A stretch of DNA of 35,813 bases from a virus. Both the position numbers and the translations under genes were made by a program. The first letter of the stretch is position 1. Every line of letters begins with the position of its first letter. The notes beneath the pieces were generated by a model. The model had not been told where the DNA came from, did no database searches, and saw nothing but the letters and a program-made list of their open reading frames with translations. The stretch lies in the IMG/VR virus record IMGVR_UViG_3300020576_001964, positions 1 to 35,813 of that record, one strand, 5' to 3'. Positions 16,436-25,271 of this stretch are shown one piece after another.

Positions 16436-18697
16436 CTAGGCTCCTGCGAACGGCGTGCCGCCCGCGAAATCCCCGTTTTCCATCGCCGGCAACGGGATGT
16501 TGATGCCCTGGGTGATCTCCGCAACGCGCAGTTTCGTGCGCGCGTTGATGATCGCGATCCGCTCGTCGGTCGACGCCTTGATCTCGGCCTCGCGCACCGC
16601 CACATTGGCGTCGCGCTGCGCTTGCTGCTCGCGCGCCTGGGCGTCGAGCGCCGCCTGCCGCTGCTTGGCCGCGGCCTCCGCTTGCGCCTGTTGCGCTTTC
16701 TGCGCGGCCCCACTTTCGAGCTCCTGATTGCGCGCCTGAAGCTGTTGCATCCCCTGCTGCATCTGTTGCAACTGGCCCTGTAGCTGTTGCATCTGCTGTT
16801 GCACTTCGGGCGGGATCTGCGGCGCTTGTCCGCCGTTCTTCTTGGCCTGTAGCGCCTGCTGGATCTGCGGCGGGAGCATGAGCTCTAGACGCTCCGAAAT
16901 AGCGTCGGCGCCCTCCCAATCCATTTGCTTCGCGATCAAGTCGCCCACCAGCGGCGCGGCCGGCGGGAACGCCTGCACGAACGCCATCATGGATTCGCGC
17001 CCTTCCTGCCGCTGCGTCTGGTACGACGGGCCAGCCTCGACGCGGATCGTGAACGTCTTATCCTTCGACAGTCCGTTCAGCACGCCGCCGGCCGTGGGCA
17101 CGTTGATCGTGTCCATGCCCGGTTTGCCGTCCTCACTCACCGTCGGCACTTGCCGCATTTCGCCGTCGTAGTAGTGCGGCAACAGCTCGTCGATCACGCG
17201 CCCGGTCAGCGAGATAGCGCGCGCCTGATTGTCGGGGAAATTGAAAGTGGCAACGTCGCCCTGCGCTGCGCGCCGTTGAATCGCGATCCCGCTCGTCTCG
17301 TTGCTCTTCTGCCCGAGCGACGGGTCGTAGATGCCGATGGTCGACCGCAGATCACCGCGGGAGACGTTGGCAATCTCCACCAACCCGGTCGGCACCTGCG
17401 CCGGCTGGTTGCGCTGCGGCGCCGGCAGGAGGTTGCCCTCGTGCGTTCGCGGCTTGTAGTGCATTACCGAGTAGTTGCGGCGGTTGGAGAGCTGGTATTC
17501 CTGCTCGTAACCCTCGTCCTGCCCTTCGGCCAGCATCCACGGCGACTTGGGCGACAGTGCGACCGTTTCAGCAATGGTCGACTGCGCGAAGTTGTACATG
17601 CGCTGCGGATCGCGCGCGAATCGGATCAAGCCCCAATAGCGGCGCTCGCCCTCAATCACCGCCTCATTGCCGACGCAGCAGATCACCGGAATAATCGTGC
17701 CGCCCTTCCACGCATACTCGGCGAGGATCTGCTGACCGCCTGCGAACTTGAACCAGCGGACGCGCCAATCGTCGTACGGCCGGCGCCGCACTTCCTTGAT
17801 TGACCCATCAGCCGGCAACGGCGGCGGCGGGTCCACGCCTTCCAGGTACACCGTGCCATCGGACAGCAGCACCAGCGACCGCTTGGTGCATACCCGCTCG
17901 TAATAGTCGGCCACGACGATGCGCTCCGCACCGTCGAACCACTTGGAATTCGGCGCTTCCGACCAGTCGATGGCCTGCGCATCGGGCCACGCGGCCTCGA
18001 ATGCGGCCTTGGTCATCGTCTCCGTGACGAAGGCCCACCCGCGGTCCGACCCATCGGGCTCGAGATAGTCGAGATCGGCCACGACCGTCGAGAAATCGGC
18101 AATCGGCCGGATCACCAGGCGCTGGTCGAATGAGCGATCGGCTCGGTATTCCGTGAGCACGCGCCACCAGCCGCGCCCAGCTACGACCGCATCGGACCCG
18201 CCTTGGTCGTACACCGTGTCGGCGCGCGACTCGTACTCGATGCCGCGGATGATGCCCTGCCGACGCTCGGCCTCCTGCTTCGCGCCATCATCGCCCCCGC
18301 CCTCTGGCGTGACATGGATGCCGGCGCGATTCTGCCGCAGGTCATTGACGACTTGGTTGACGAACTGGGGCAACTGGTTGATTTCGAGGCAGATGCGCCC
18401 CTTGCGCTCGTTCTGCTTGGTGTCCTCTTCCCACTGCTCTCCGGGCACGAAGCAGAACTTCTTGTCCTTGATCGCCTCGTCGCGATTGTCCTTGTCGCGG
18501 TCGAGCCCTTCCTCGTAGCGGCGCTTGGCGCGCTCGACGATCTCGCGGGCTTCCTCACCCTTCGGCGCTTCGATTTCCTCGCCGGCCGGCGACTGCACCA
18601 CGTCGGCGTTGTCGGGTTCCTTCGTCTCGTCGTCAGGCTCGTCGTGCAGGCGCTCGTAGTCGCCCATGATCGTTTGGCCGCCCGGCGTCACCCCCAC
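16436..18697 (-). CDS. Portal protein (P22 gp1-like, with long C-terminal Gln-rich coiled coil)
   Basis: About 745-753 aa immediately after terminase large. The C-terminal QQMQQLQGQLQQMQQGMQQLQARNQELE... recalls the P22 portal barrel. Start ambiguous: GTG 18697, GTG 18691 (GTGA with the TerL stop) or ATG 18667. Confidence 0.85.
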   Translation of the reverse strand: MGVTPGGQTIMGDYERLHDEPDDETKEPDNADVVQSPAGEEIEAPKGEEAREIVERAKRRYEEGLDRDKDNRDEAIKDKKFCFVPGEQWEEDTKQNERKGRICLEINQLPQFVNQVVNDLRQNRAGIHVTPEGGGDDGAKQEAERRQGIIRGIEYESRADTVYDQGGSDAVVAGRGWWRVLTEYRADRSFDQRLVIRPIADFSTVVADLDYLEPDGSDRGWAFVTETMTKAAFEAAWPDAQAIDWSEAPNSKWFDGAERIVVADYYERVCTKRSLVLLSDGTVYLEGVDPPPPLPADGSIKEVRRRPYDDWRVRWFKFAGGQQILAEYAWKGGTIIPVICCVGNEAVIEGERRYWGLIRFARDPQRMYNFAQSTIAETVALSPKSPWMLAEGQDEGYEQEYQLSNRRNYSVMHYKPRTHEGNLLPAPQRNQPAQVPTGLVEIANVSRGDLRSTIGIYDPSLGQKSNETSGIAIQRRAAQGDVATFNFPDNQARAISLTGRVIDELLPHYYDGEMRQVPTVSEDGKPGMDTINVPTAGGVLNGLSKDKTFTIRVEAGPSYQTQRQEGRESMMAFVQAFPPAAPLVGDLIAKQMDWEGADAISERLELMLPPQIQQALQAKKNGGQAPQIPPEVQQQMQQLQGQLQQMQQGMQQLQARNQELESGAAQKAQQAQAEAAAKQRQAALDAQAREQQAQRDANVAVREAEIKASTDERIAIINARTKLRVAEITQGINIPLPAMENGDFAGGTPFAGA

Positions 18698-20076
18698 ACC
18701 CCGCCGCTATGCTGGACGGCGACCCGCTTGGGCTTGGGCTTGGGCGCTTCCTTCACCGTAAGCGCGACCTCTCCGAACGCATCCGAGCCGTGACTCGACC
18801 AGTCGTGAAGAGGTTGCGCAGCGAGTTGGCCCAATTTGTCGACCCATTCCCTTCGGTAGTTGGTGAGCGCGTCCAAACCGTCCGCGCAGTTGCGCTCGTC
18901 GAAGTAGCAGCGCGGGAACAGCATGCGGGCCGCGGCAATGCGGTCCTCGACATTGACCGCGGGCGAGATCGCGACCGCATCGGCGCCGCCGGGCAGTTGC
19001 TCGCGCGCCATTTCCTGAATCGACCGCCCGGTGCCCAAGAACTTCGCGCGCGCGTCGTGCGGCAGCCAGTGCTTTGAGTAGCGATACTTCGTCGCCTCGA
19101 TCACCGCGACGTAATGCGCGAAATTCTGGCCGGTGGCCTCGTAGTAGCGCAGGAAGCGCACCTCCGGGCCCAGCACCTGGACGAACCAGATGGCAGTCGC
19201 GTCGCCACCTTGACCGGCGCCGCCGATGTCCCACCACGTTTGCACCGGGATTGCCGGGTCGTATGGCACGTTGCGGATGCGGCCGCCGGCGCGCGCCTCG
19301 GATATCTCGGCCGCGTACACCGCGCCGACCACCGGCTGATCGAAGGAGCACATGTACTCCTGGTCGAACATTTGCAGCCCGACCGCGGCACCGTAGTCCT
19401 TTTGCAGTTCCGACTTTTCCAGCGCCAGCTGCGCTGGCGTGAACACGTCCGTCTGCTGCGCTGTGAGCACCTGCGCAAACCAATTCTTCGGATCGTCCTG
19501 CGCGCCCTGCAGCATGCGGTGCGCGTGATTCTTGCCGCGCGGCGTGGTGTTGAACACGATCCAGCCGCCGTTCTCGCGCAGGATCGGACGCAGATACGCC
19601 CACGCGGCCGGCTTGGCGAGCGCCCACTCCGACGCCACGATGCCAATCGGCGGCGAGCCCACCAGGCTGTTGTAGTTGTCCGATCCGACGACCTGCCACG
19701 TCGACCCGTTGCGGGTCTTGATGAGCATTTCCTGCGAGCGCGTCGCATCGCGAATACTCGGCGGGATCGTCTCGTCGATGCGGCGCTTGCCCGTTTTCGG
19801 GTTCACCGCGTCCCAAATTGCCTTTCGCCCCTGCGCCTGCTCGGGCAGCATGTACCAGTAGGTTCCGACCCGCTCGTGCATCGCGATGGCGGTGCGGTGC
19901 AAGCACACGTCGTCCTTGCCGCTGCGCCGGTGCCAGACGACGAACGCGCGAGTGCCGCCGCCTTCCAGGTAATCCCACAGCGGGCGCTGGTAAGCGCGTG
20001 GCTGCCAGCCGTTAGCCGGCAGCCTTACCGTCGCCAAAGCGGACGACCTCGACGGTGAGCGAGCCCTGATGGTCAA
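18688..20076 (-). CDS. Terminase large subunit
   Basis: Walker-A-like VVWHRRSGKDDV; DQEYMCSF and a nuclease-half pattern (WWDIGG...DATAIWF, HDWSSHGSDAF). Start uncertain (TTG 20076 or TTG 20037); there is no ATG before residue ~66. Confidence 0.85.
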   Translation of the reverse strand: MTIRARSPSRSSALATVRLPANGWQPRAYQRPLWDYLEGGGTRAFVVWHRRSGKDDVCLHRTAIAMHERVGTYWYMLPEQAQGRKAIWDAVNPKTGKRRIDETIPPSIRDATRSQEMLIKTRNGSTWQVVGSDNYNSLVGSPPIGIVASEWALAKPAAWAYLRPILRENGGWIVFNTTPRGKNHAHRMLQGAQDDPKNWFAQVLTAQQTDVFTPAQLALEKSELQKDYGAAVGLQMFDQEYMCSFDQPVVGAVYAAEISEARAGGRIRNVPYDPAIPVQTWWDIGGAGQGGDATAIWFVQVLGPEVRFLRYYEATGQNFAHYVAVIEATKYRYSKHWLPHDARAKFLGTGRSIQEMAREQLPGGADAVAISPAVNVEDRIAAARMLFPRCYFDERNCADGLDALTNYRREWVDKLGQLAAQPLHDWSSHGSDAFGEVALTVKEAPKPKPKRVAVQHSGGVWG

Positions 20077-20473
20077 GCTCTACCTTGTCGCCGTACTTCT
20101 TGGGCACGAGCTTGGCGAGCACCCACTTGCGCGCGTCGATGCGCAGCCGAGCCTTGTTGATGCCCTCTGGCGTGTTCGGGCAGTCGTCGGCAATCGCCGT
20201 GATGCCGTTCGCCATGCGCTCGAGCCCGGCCGCCTTGGCGACCTCGTACGCCGCGAGGAATTCAGGGTGCTTGTTCAGCCACTCGTAGAACGTCGACTCG
20301 CTGCACGCCCACGCCTGACGGCAGATGTCCGATACTGACTCGCCCTTGGCGAGCTCGCCGCAGATGCGTGCGGTCAGTGCTGCGGAATATGCCGCTCGCT
20401 TCACTGGCGCTTTCGCGCCCTTGCGCGCCACGTCAACCGAAGGTGGCCATGATGCGCGCGTTCGTGAACGCAC
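20012..20473 (-). CDS. Terminase small subunit (HTH type)
   Basis: ICGELAKGESVSDICRQAWACSESTFYEWLNKHPEFLAAYEVAK...RIDARKWVLAKLVPKKYGDK is the usual small-terminase pattern. Start is GTG 20473 or GTG 20431. Confidence 0.75.
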   Translation of the reverse strand: MRSRTRASWPPSVDVARKGAKAPVKRAAYSAALTARICGELAKGESVSDICRQAWACSESTFYEWLNKHPEFLAAYEVAKAAGLERMANGITAIADDCPNTPEGINKARLRIDARKWVLAKLVPKKYGDKVELDHQGSLTVEVVRFGDGKAAG

Positions 20474-20561
20474 GCTGCCACTGCTCTGATAGGCGCATCA
20501 CTTCGGCCCAGGAGGCGGGAACGAAGTGCCAGCGCGTGGAGACGAACGAATCCCAGGCCAT
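20433..20561 (-). CDS. Small ORF (42 aa), hypothetical
   Basis: ATG at 20561-20559 overlaps the upstream TGA by 1 nt (TGATG). MAWDSFVSTRWHFVPASWAEVMRLSEQWQRAFTNARIMATFG. Confidence 0.4.
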   Translation of the reverse strand: MAWDSFVSTRWHFVPASWAEVMRLSEQWQRAFTNARIMATFG

Positions 20562-20764
20562 CAGCGGCGATCGTTGCGTCGATCGAGGCGCTGCCGTGCG
20601 AGCCGCAGGGCGTTGCGCATGCGCTGGCCCATGGGTTGCACGAGCGCGTCGAGGCGTGCGCCGCCGTACATGCGGCGGATGGCCGCCGCGATCGGCTTGG
20701 GCTTGAAGATGAACGACGGGACGCCGTTGACTTCGGCCACGTCGAACGAGAGCAGATCGGACAC
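20561..20764 (-). CDS. Hypothetical protein (67 aa), among the first ORFs of the late transcript
   Basis: GTG start at 20764 directly after the TAG of the mini-ORF. Basic C-terminus. Confidence 0.55.
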   Translation of the reverse strand: MSDLLSFDVAEVNGVPSFIFKPKPIAAAIRRMYGGARLDALVQPMGQRMRNALRLARQRLDRRNDRR

Positions 20765-20824
20765 CTAGCAAGCCTTGCCCTTGCCTGGCTTGGGCATCGG
20801 CTTCTTCGATTTGGCTTTGGACAT
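20765..20824 (-). CDS. 19-codon Lys/Pro-rich mini-ORF (MSKAKSKKPMPKPGKGKAC)
   Basis: ATG at 20824 preceded by GGGAG with a 6-nt spacer, immediately after the terminator T-tract. Its stop abuts the next start. Confidence 0.3.
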   Translation of the reverse strand: MSKAKSKKPMPKPGKGKAC

Positions 20825-20840
20825 GGGTTGCTCCCAGGTT

Positions 20841-20877
20841 GAAAACGAAAAGCCCCGGCGGTTACTCGCTCGGGGCT
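20841..20877 (-). terminator. Intrinsic terminator between the Q-like gene and the late genes (lambda tR'-like position)
   Basis: Minus-strand RNA: AGCCCCG(AGCG)-loop-(CGC)CGGGGCU (20851-20877), followed by UUUCGUUUUC. The T-tract is the same as in the 15624 terminator. Confidence 0.7.
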
Positions 20878-20997
20878 TCTGGCCGGATTCCGCCGACGCC
20901 GCGACCCCCTGTCAGGGTCGCAGCATCACGCGAGAATCGCGGAGAATCGGGTTGTGCGCCGGAGTCTCGCACAGGTTTCACGTGGAACGCAAGCCCT

Positions 20998-21501
20998 TTA
21001 CGCATAGACCGCCTCCCCCACCAGCGACACCGGCAGATCGAGCGCGAATGCCGCCGCGCGGGCCGCCCGCTCCCGCCTAATGACCGCCGGCCGGTCGATC
21101 ACCTCCGCAAGCAGCGCGCGCGCCATGCGCAAGCTCGCCTCGTAGTCGCCCCTGCCGCGCGGGTTGCCGACCCCCGACGCCTGCCGCGCGATCCGCATGG
21201 TCCGCTCGGGCGTCCACAGCCTGACGTAGTGGCCCTTGAGCATGACGTGGTGGAAGATCTCCACCGCCGACACCGCCGACTCGACGGCCTGGGCGTCGGC
21301 CAGGTCGACGCCGGAAGCCGTGGTAGGCGCGCTGCCGATCGCCACGCCGCGCGCGGACAGCTCGCCGCAACTGTCCCAGTGGTAGGCGTTGCCGTAGCCG
21401 CGCCGCGTGCTCCATACGCCGCGAGCGACCAGATCGCGGCCGGCGCGGACGCGAGAGCGCCAGCACTCGCCCCAGTTGGTCAAGCGGTCCTCGAGCGTCA
21501 T
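20998..21501 (-). CDS. Antiterminator Q-like late-gene regulator (167 aa)
   Basis: ATG at 21501 (ATGA with the upstream gene). LEDRLTNWGECWRSR near the N-terminus and DLADAQAVESAVSAVEIFHHVMLKGHYV mid-protein follow the LERWGAW...DDDAM...L..YYV pattern of phage Q-type antiterminators as I recall it. Located just before the terminator and late operon. Confidence 0.5.
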   Translation of the reverse strand: MTLEDRLTNWGECWRSRVRAGRDLVARGVWSTRRGYGNAYHWDSCGELSARGVAIGSAPTTASGVDLADAQAVESAVSAVEIFHHVMLKGHYVRLWTPERTMRIARQASGVGNPRGRGDYEASLRMARALLAEVIDRPAVIRRERAARAAAFALDLPVSLVGEAVYA

Positions 21502-21722
21502 GCCGCTTCCTTGAACACCAGTTGTGCGCGGCGGTACTTGTAGTCCTTGGTGTGGTGCGAGTTGGCCGCGCTCGTCGCATGCCCGAAGTGCCAGCCGCCG
21601 CACCCGCGGCAGTGGTACGGCCGCAGTGCCTCGTGCTGTTTCAGGCGCGATTTGCGGGCTTTCCGCGTCGCTTCCACGAAGCTGCCGAATTTCGTTTTCC
21701 CGGTGCACATTGCGTCCGACAC
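21498..21722 (-). CDS. Small zinc-ribbon protein (74 aa)
   Basis: GTG at 21722, 4 nt after AGGAGG (ATG at 21710 is an alternative). MCTGKTKF...YHCRGCGGWHFGH gives a C-x...-C-x2-C metal-binding pattern. Confidence 0.6.
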   Translation of the reverse strand: MSDAMCTGKTKFGSFVEATRKARKSRLKQHEALRPYHCRGCGGWHFGHATSAANSHHTKDYKYRRAQLVFKEAA

Positions 21723-21754
21723 GATCCCTCCTGCGCGCGTGTATGACTCCGATG

Positions 21755-22141
21755 TCAAGGCTTGCTCTTCCGGCACTCCCCGCAGTTGGCGACGCCGAGC
21801 GCCGGTGGATCGCCGATGAAGTAGGAGCCAGTGGTTTGTTCAAAAGCCAATCCGCACGTTTTGCAGGATGTTTGCCAATAAAAGATCTTTGAAGGCTTCC
21901 CATCCCTCCGAACGCACTCTTTCTCATCAATGCACACCCAACGTCGCCGCATTCCGCCCACCAGGATCACGTTGCCGATGGCGGCAAAAGTCGGGACACC
22001 GGCAGGCGGGACAAACGGGGCCCCCCTCTTTGAGGGGCCCCCGTCACCGTGTCCCCGTTTGTCCCGCCCTCGCCTGGCCGGCTTGTCCCGCTTTGTCCCG
22101 CTTTGTCCCGTTTTGTCCCGCTCGTGTCCCGTTTCACTCAT
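21755..22141 (-). CDS. Zinc-ribbon protein; its N-terminal half is encoded by the iteron array (128 aa)
   Basis: ATG at 22141-22139 overlaps the primase stop (ATGAGTGA). C-terminal SCKTCG...NCGECR. The N-terminal RDK repeats are the translation of the GGGACAA repeats. The true start could be the internal MRRRWVC. Confidence 0.5.
   Translation of the reverse strand: MSETGHERDKTGQSGTKRDKPARRGRDKRGHGDGGPSKRGAPFVPPAGVPTFAAIGNVILVGGMRRRWVCIDEKECVRRDGKPSKIFYWQTSCKTCGLAFEQTTGSYFIGDPPALGVANCGECRKSKP
21992..22131. repeat. Iteron array: 9 copies of (T/G)TGTCCCG, 7 direct and 2 inverted
   Basis: Direct copies start at 22049 (variant), 22059, 22083, 22093, 22103, 22113 and 22124 (variant); four sit at an exact 10-bp period. 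Inverted copies lie at 21992-21998 and 22007-22014. A 13-bp inverted repeat GGGACAAACGGGG/CCCCGTTTGTCCC (22008-22020 / 22053-22065) flanks a GC hairpin. Confidence 0.85.
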
Positions 22142-24095
22142 CGTCGCCCCTCGGGAATAAACAATTGTTCCTTTGCACAACCTGTCCGCAGTCGATAAGC
22201 GCCTTGATAGCACGAGCAAATGCGCGCTTTTTCGTGTCTGCCTTATCATCGCCGCATTTTGCATAGAATTCGTCCCGAGAATCGCCGTAGAGCTTGCCCT
22301 TTCCGATGATTTCCACGAGCCATTGCTCGTACTTGGTCAGGCGCTCCGCACCGGTTTTCAGAAGCTCGGCAACGGTGTCGTGGTGGACCGCCACGAGGCT
22401 CGTCAGGTCGTCGCCGTCCTCGTCTTGGCCGAGCACCACACGCACGAGGTTGAAGGCCAGCACGTCGCCGTCGCGGCCGTCCTTCTGTTTCTTGACGGTG
22501 AGCGTGGCCGCCATGGTCCCTTCGACGCGCTCGACCTCGAACAGAAAGTCGAGGTTGCCGCGGATGGCCGACGAGCCGCGCGGCCCCTTGCTCGCGTCCT
22601 TGCCGGTGTGGTGGACGATGAGCACCGCGCAGTGGAACCGATCGCGCAGCCAGCCGCCGATCGCGCGCAGGTAGGCCGCGGTGTCGCGCGCCTCGTTCTC
22701 GTCGCCGCTCATGGTCTGCGACAGCGTGTCGAGCACCACGAGCGCGAGCGAGCCCATGCGCTCCCGCTCGACTTCCAGCGCATCCGACAGGCGCTTGAGA
22801 TCGGCCTTCTGGTCGAGAGTCAGGGGGGCGATGCAGGCGCGGAAGGCCGCGGCGCGCGGGTCGCGCGCGTGATGCTGATGCCATGCGTCGATGCGCGCGA
22901 GCAGCCCGGTGCCGCCCTCGGCCGCCACGTAGGCCACGCCGCCGGCCTTGGACCGCCGGCCGAGCCATGGGATCGCGTGCGCCAGGTGCAGGCAGGCGTC
23001 GAGCACCAGGAACGACTTGAAGGTGCCGCTGGCGCCGTACACGCTGCCGATGGAATTCGCCGGCAGGATGCCTTTTACGAGCCACGCGAGAGGGCCTACC
23101 GCGGCGCGCAACGCGTCGTAGTCGAGTAGGAGGGGTGTGGTGGATGCCTCCGCGGGCTTTTGCGCGCCCAAAAGGCCGCTGATGTCGACCGGGAACAGCG
23201 GGCGCTCCCACCCCGCGGCGAACGCCATGCGGTACAGCGTGCCGGCGCCGATGCGTTCCGGCTTGAACGAGCGGAACGCCGCCGCGGTCAACTCGGGATC
23301 GTACTTGGCCGACTGGCGCGAGAACTCGTGCCACACGGCCAGGCCATCGTTGCCCAGCGCGCCCTTGATGGCCAGGCCGACGTACACCCAGTCGTCCCAA
23401 TGCAAGTCGGCGTTGGGGATTGCGGCGACGGCCGCGGCGCATTCCTCGGGGTCGTGGGCGGCCAGCTCGTCGTTGCTCGAGCGCGCCTCGTTGTCCTGGT
23501 GCGCGAGTTTCCCGCAAGGAACACCGCCGGCGTCGAGCAGGCGGTTGTTGGCCCACTGCAGGAAGCCGAAGAGCTCGTCGTCGCTGGCGATCGGCAACTG
23601 CTCGAACGGCACCTCGAGGGGTTCCCCGGCACCGTTCCACGTGTAGGCGGCGCGAGTGTCCGGGTGCATGCCATAGGCGACGAACTGCTGCCCGAGGCCC
23701 AGGATCTCGACCGCATGCGGCTTGGCGCCCGGCGGATCGTCGGGGAAGCGAAAACTGAGGGAGACGAGCTTGCTGCCGGTGCGCGCGGTCCGCACGAGCA
23801 GGAGCACCTTGGGCGCCAGGCCGGTGCGCGCGGGCATGCGGCCCCAGATTTCTTCGGCGCGCAGGCGAAACTCGCGCGCGAGCTCGGGGCGCATCACGTC
23901 GATGTCGATGCCGCGGACGAGGCCGCAGAGGATGCCGCAACCGCTTTTCGGGTCTACGCGCGGGGCCGGCGAGCGCCCGAACTCGTACTTCTCCCACGCG
24001 GCGATCGCCGGCCGCTTGGAGAACGGCAGGATTGGAACCGGCAGGTAACCGTTGCCGGCGAGCGTGCCCGCGGTTTCGCGGAAGGTGACGAGCAT
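22134..24095 (-). CDS. Bifunctional primase-polymerase / PriCT / RepA-type (AAA_25) helicase
   Basis: N-terminal prim-pol pattern (GYLPVPILPFSKRPAIAAW...GILCG...GIDIDV); a PriCT-like segment (WDDWVYVGLAIKGALG...GLAVWHEFS); a C-terminal P-loop ATPase (GASGTFKSFLVLD, LVVLDTLS, VLIVHHTGKD). Confidence 0.85.
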   Translation of the reverse strand: MLVTFRETAGTLAGNGYLPVPILPFSKRPAIAAWEKYEFGRSPAPRVDPKSGCGILCGLVRGIDIDVMRPELAREFRLRAEEIWGRMPARTGLAPKVLLLVRTARTGSKLVSLSFRFPDDPPGAKPHAVEILGLGQQFVAYGMHPDTRAAYTWNGAGEPLEVPFEQLPIASDDELFGFLQWANNRLLDAGGVPCGKLAHQDNEARSSNDELAAHDPEECAAAVAAIPNADLHWDDWVYVGLAIKGALGNDGLAVWHEFSRQSAKYDPELTAAAFRSFKPERIGAGTLYRMAFAAGWERPLFPVDISGLLGAQKPAEASTTPLLLDYDALRAAVGPLAWLVKGILPANSIGSVYGASGTFKSFLVLDACLHLAHAIPWLGRRSKAGGVAYVAAEGGTGLLARIDAWHQHHARDPRAAAFRACIAPLTLDQKADLKRLSDALEVERERMGSLALVVLDTLSQTMSGDENEARDTAAYLRAIGGWLRDRFHCAVLIVHHTGKDASKGPRGSSAIRGNLDFLFEVERVEGTMAATLTVKKQKDGRDGDVLAFNLVRVVLGQDEDGDDLTSLVAVHHDTVAELLKTGAERLTKYEQWLVEIIGKGKLYGDSRDEFYAKCGDDKADTKKRAFARAIKALIDCGQVVQRNNCLFPRGDDE

Positions 24096-24105
24096 TGGCC
24101 GCCGC

Positions 24106-24570
24106 TCACGTTTCCAGGATGCGCTGACGACGACAAGCGGCGCGATAGTTTTGCCGCATGTTCCTGCACGCCCTACACTTGCGAGCGGGACGCCCGAGCC
24201 AAATTTCGATCACGAGGTTGTCGCCGGACAATTCGTGTCCGCGTGAGCAATGCGTCTTGCGTCCGTTTCGGTGCCGATTCGCTACATGCACCGCGCGCGC
24301 GACATTCGCTGCGTGTGTCGTAGCTGCCAGGTGGTCAGGGTTTACGCAAGCACGATTGCGACAAAGATGGTCGATCTCGCAACCGACTGGAATGTCGCCC
24401 CGATGCGCGCGATAAGAAATTCGGTGCGCGAGGCTTTCCCCTGGAAAGCAGACGGTTCTCATTTTTCCGTACCCATCAACGCACAGTGAGCGCGTCCACA
24501 CCCAGCACCCGCTTTCGGTGACGACGGACGCCGAGCGTAAAACGTTCCCCGGAGCACGACGAGCTGGCAT
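24106..24570 (-). CDS. HNH endonuclease
   Basis: SGCWVWTRSLCVDGYGKM...AHRISY...IDHLCRNRACVNPDHL...N. ATG at 24570 (or GTG at 24573) overlaps the upstream stop. Confidence 0.85.
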   Translation of the reverse strand: MPARRAPGNVLRSASVVTESGCWVWTRSLCVDGYGKMRTVCFPGESLAHRISYRAHRGDIPVGCEIDHLCRNRACVNPDHLAATTHAANVARAVHVANRHRNGRKTHCSRGHELSGDNLVIEIWLGRPARKCRACRNMRQNYRAACRRQRILET

Positions 24571-25007
24571 CACAGCTCCTCAATGACGTGGCCATGCACG
24601 AAGAGCAGAAGCTTCTTCTTGATCTTGTAAACGTCGGTGCGGAACCCTTTGGCGTCGCCGACATGCAAACGCCCATCGCCGTCGATCCACGTCCAGTCCG
24701 CGACGTACGAGCACGCGCGCTCCGTCACCTTCCCGTCCGGGCCAATCGCCTTCGGAACCAGCAGGAACCACACCTGCTCTTTGAGATCTCGTATTTCGCC
24801 GCGGCGCTCGCGTTCGCGCAGTTGCTCGGCAACGCGCGCCTCACGTTTTGACGCATAACCGCCCGACTTCACGTTGTTGTACTTCGACGCGCTGGCCGGC
24901 TCGACCATGTGCGCGGTGTCGATCACTTCCGATCCGCGCTGGAACCGCGCGCGCTTGGCCGCGTGCTCGCGGAACTGCTCTTCGGTGTAGCGCAACCCCT
25001 TGGCCAC
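24570..25007 (-). CDS. DUF1064-like protein (nuclease-fold, resolvase-like)
   Basis: KYNNVKSGGYASKREARVAEQL...GEIRDLKEQVWF...YVADW...VGDAKGFRTDVYKIKKKLL matches the DUF1064 pattern from memory. Confidence 0.65.
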   Translation of the reverse strand: MAKGLRYTEEQFREHAAKRARFQRGSEVIDTAHMVEPASASKYNNVKSGGYASKREARVAEQLRERERRGEIRDLKEQVWFLLVPKAIGPDGKVTERACSYVADWTWIDGDGRLHVGDAKGFRTDVYKIKKKLLLFVHGHVIEEL

Positions 25008-25010
25008 GCG

Positions 25011-25262
25011 CTACCGCCCCTGCAGGTCGTTGAGGTGGACGCGCGCCCGGCCGCGCAACTGGCCACGGATGCCTTCGTTCAGCGGCTCGTCGGGGCTTTT
25101 GAAGCCGCGCGTGCGCGCCTCCAACCCCCGCAGGTAGCCGCGCAGGAGCGGCACTGCGCTGCGCGGGGGATAGCGCCCCAGGCTGTCGACGAAGGCGATT
25201 TCGCTATCGATGTTCCACGCGACGTGCGTCGGGTTTTTCGGGAGCGTCAAGCCGATGGTCAT
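25011..25262 (-). CDS. Hypothetical protein (83 aa)
   Basis: Full track ORF in the tight early-left gene chain. Confidence 0.6.
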   Translation of the reverse strand: MTIGLTLPKNPTHVAWNIDSEIAFVDSLGRYPPRSAVPLLRGYLRGLEARTRGFKSPDEPLNEGIRGQLRGRARVHLNDLQGR

Positions 25263-25271
25263 GGGCGTGGT

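Noticed and set aside
20878-20997. A confident late promoter call in the Q-to-terminator interval.
   Set aside because: The best match (TTGCGT-18-GAGACT) is weak. I list the region only within a finding, not as a feature.
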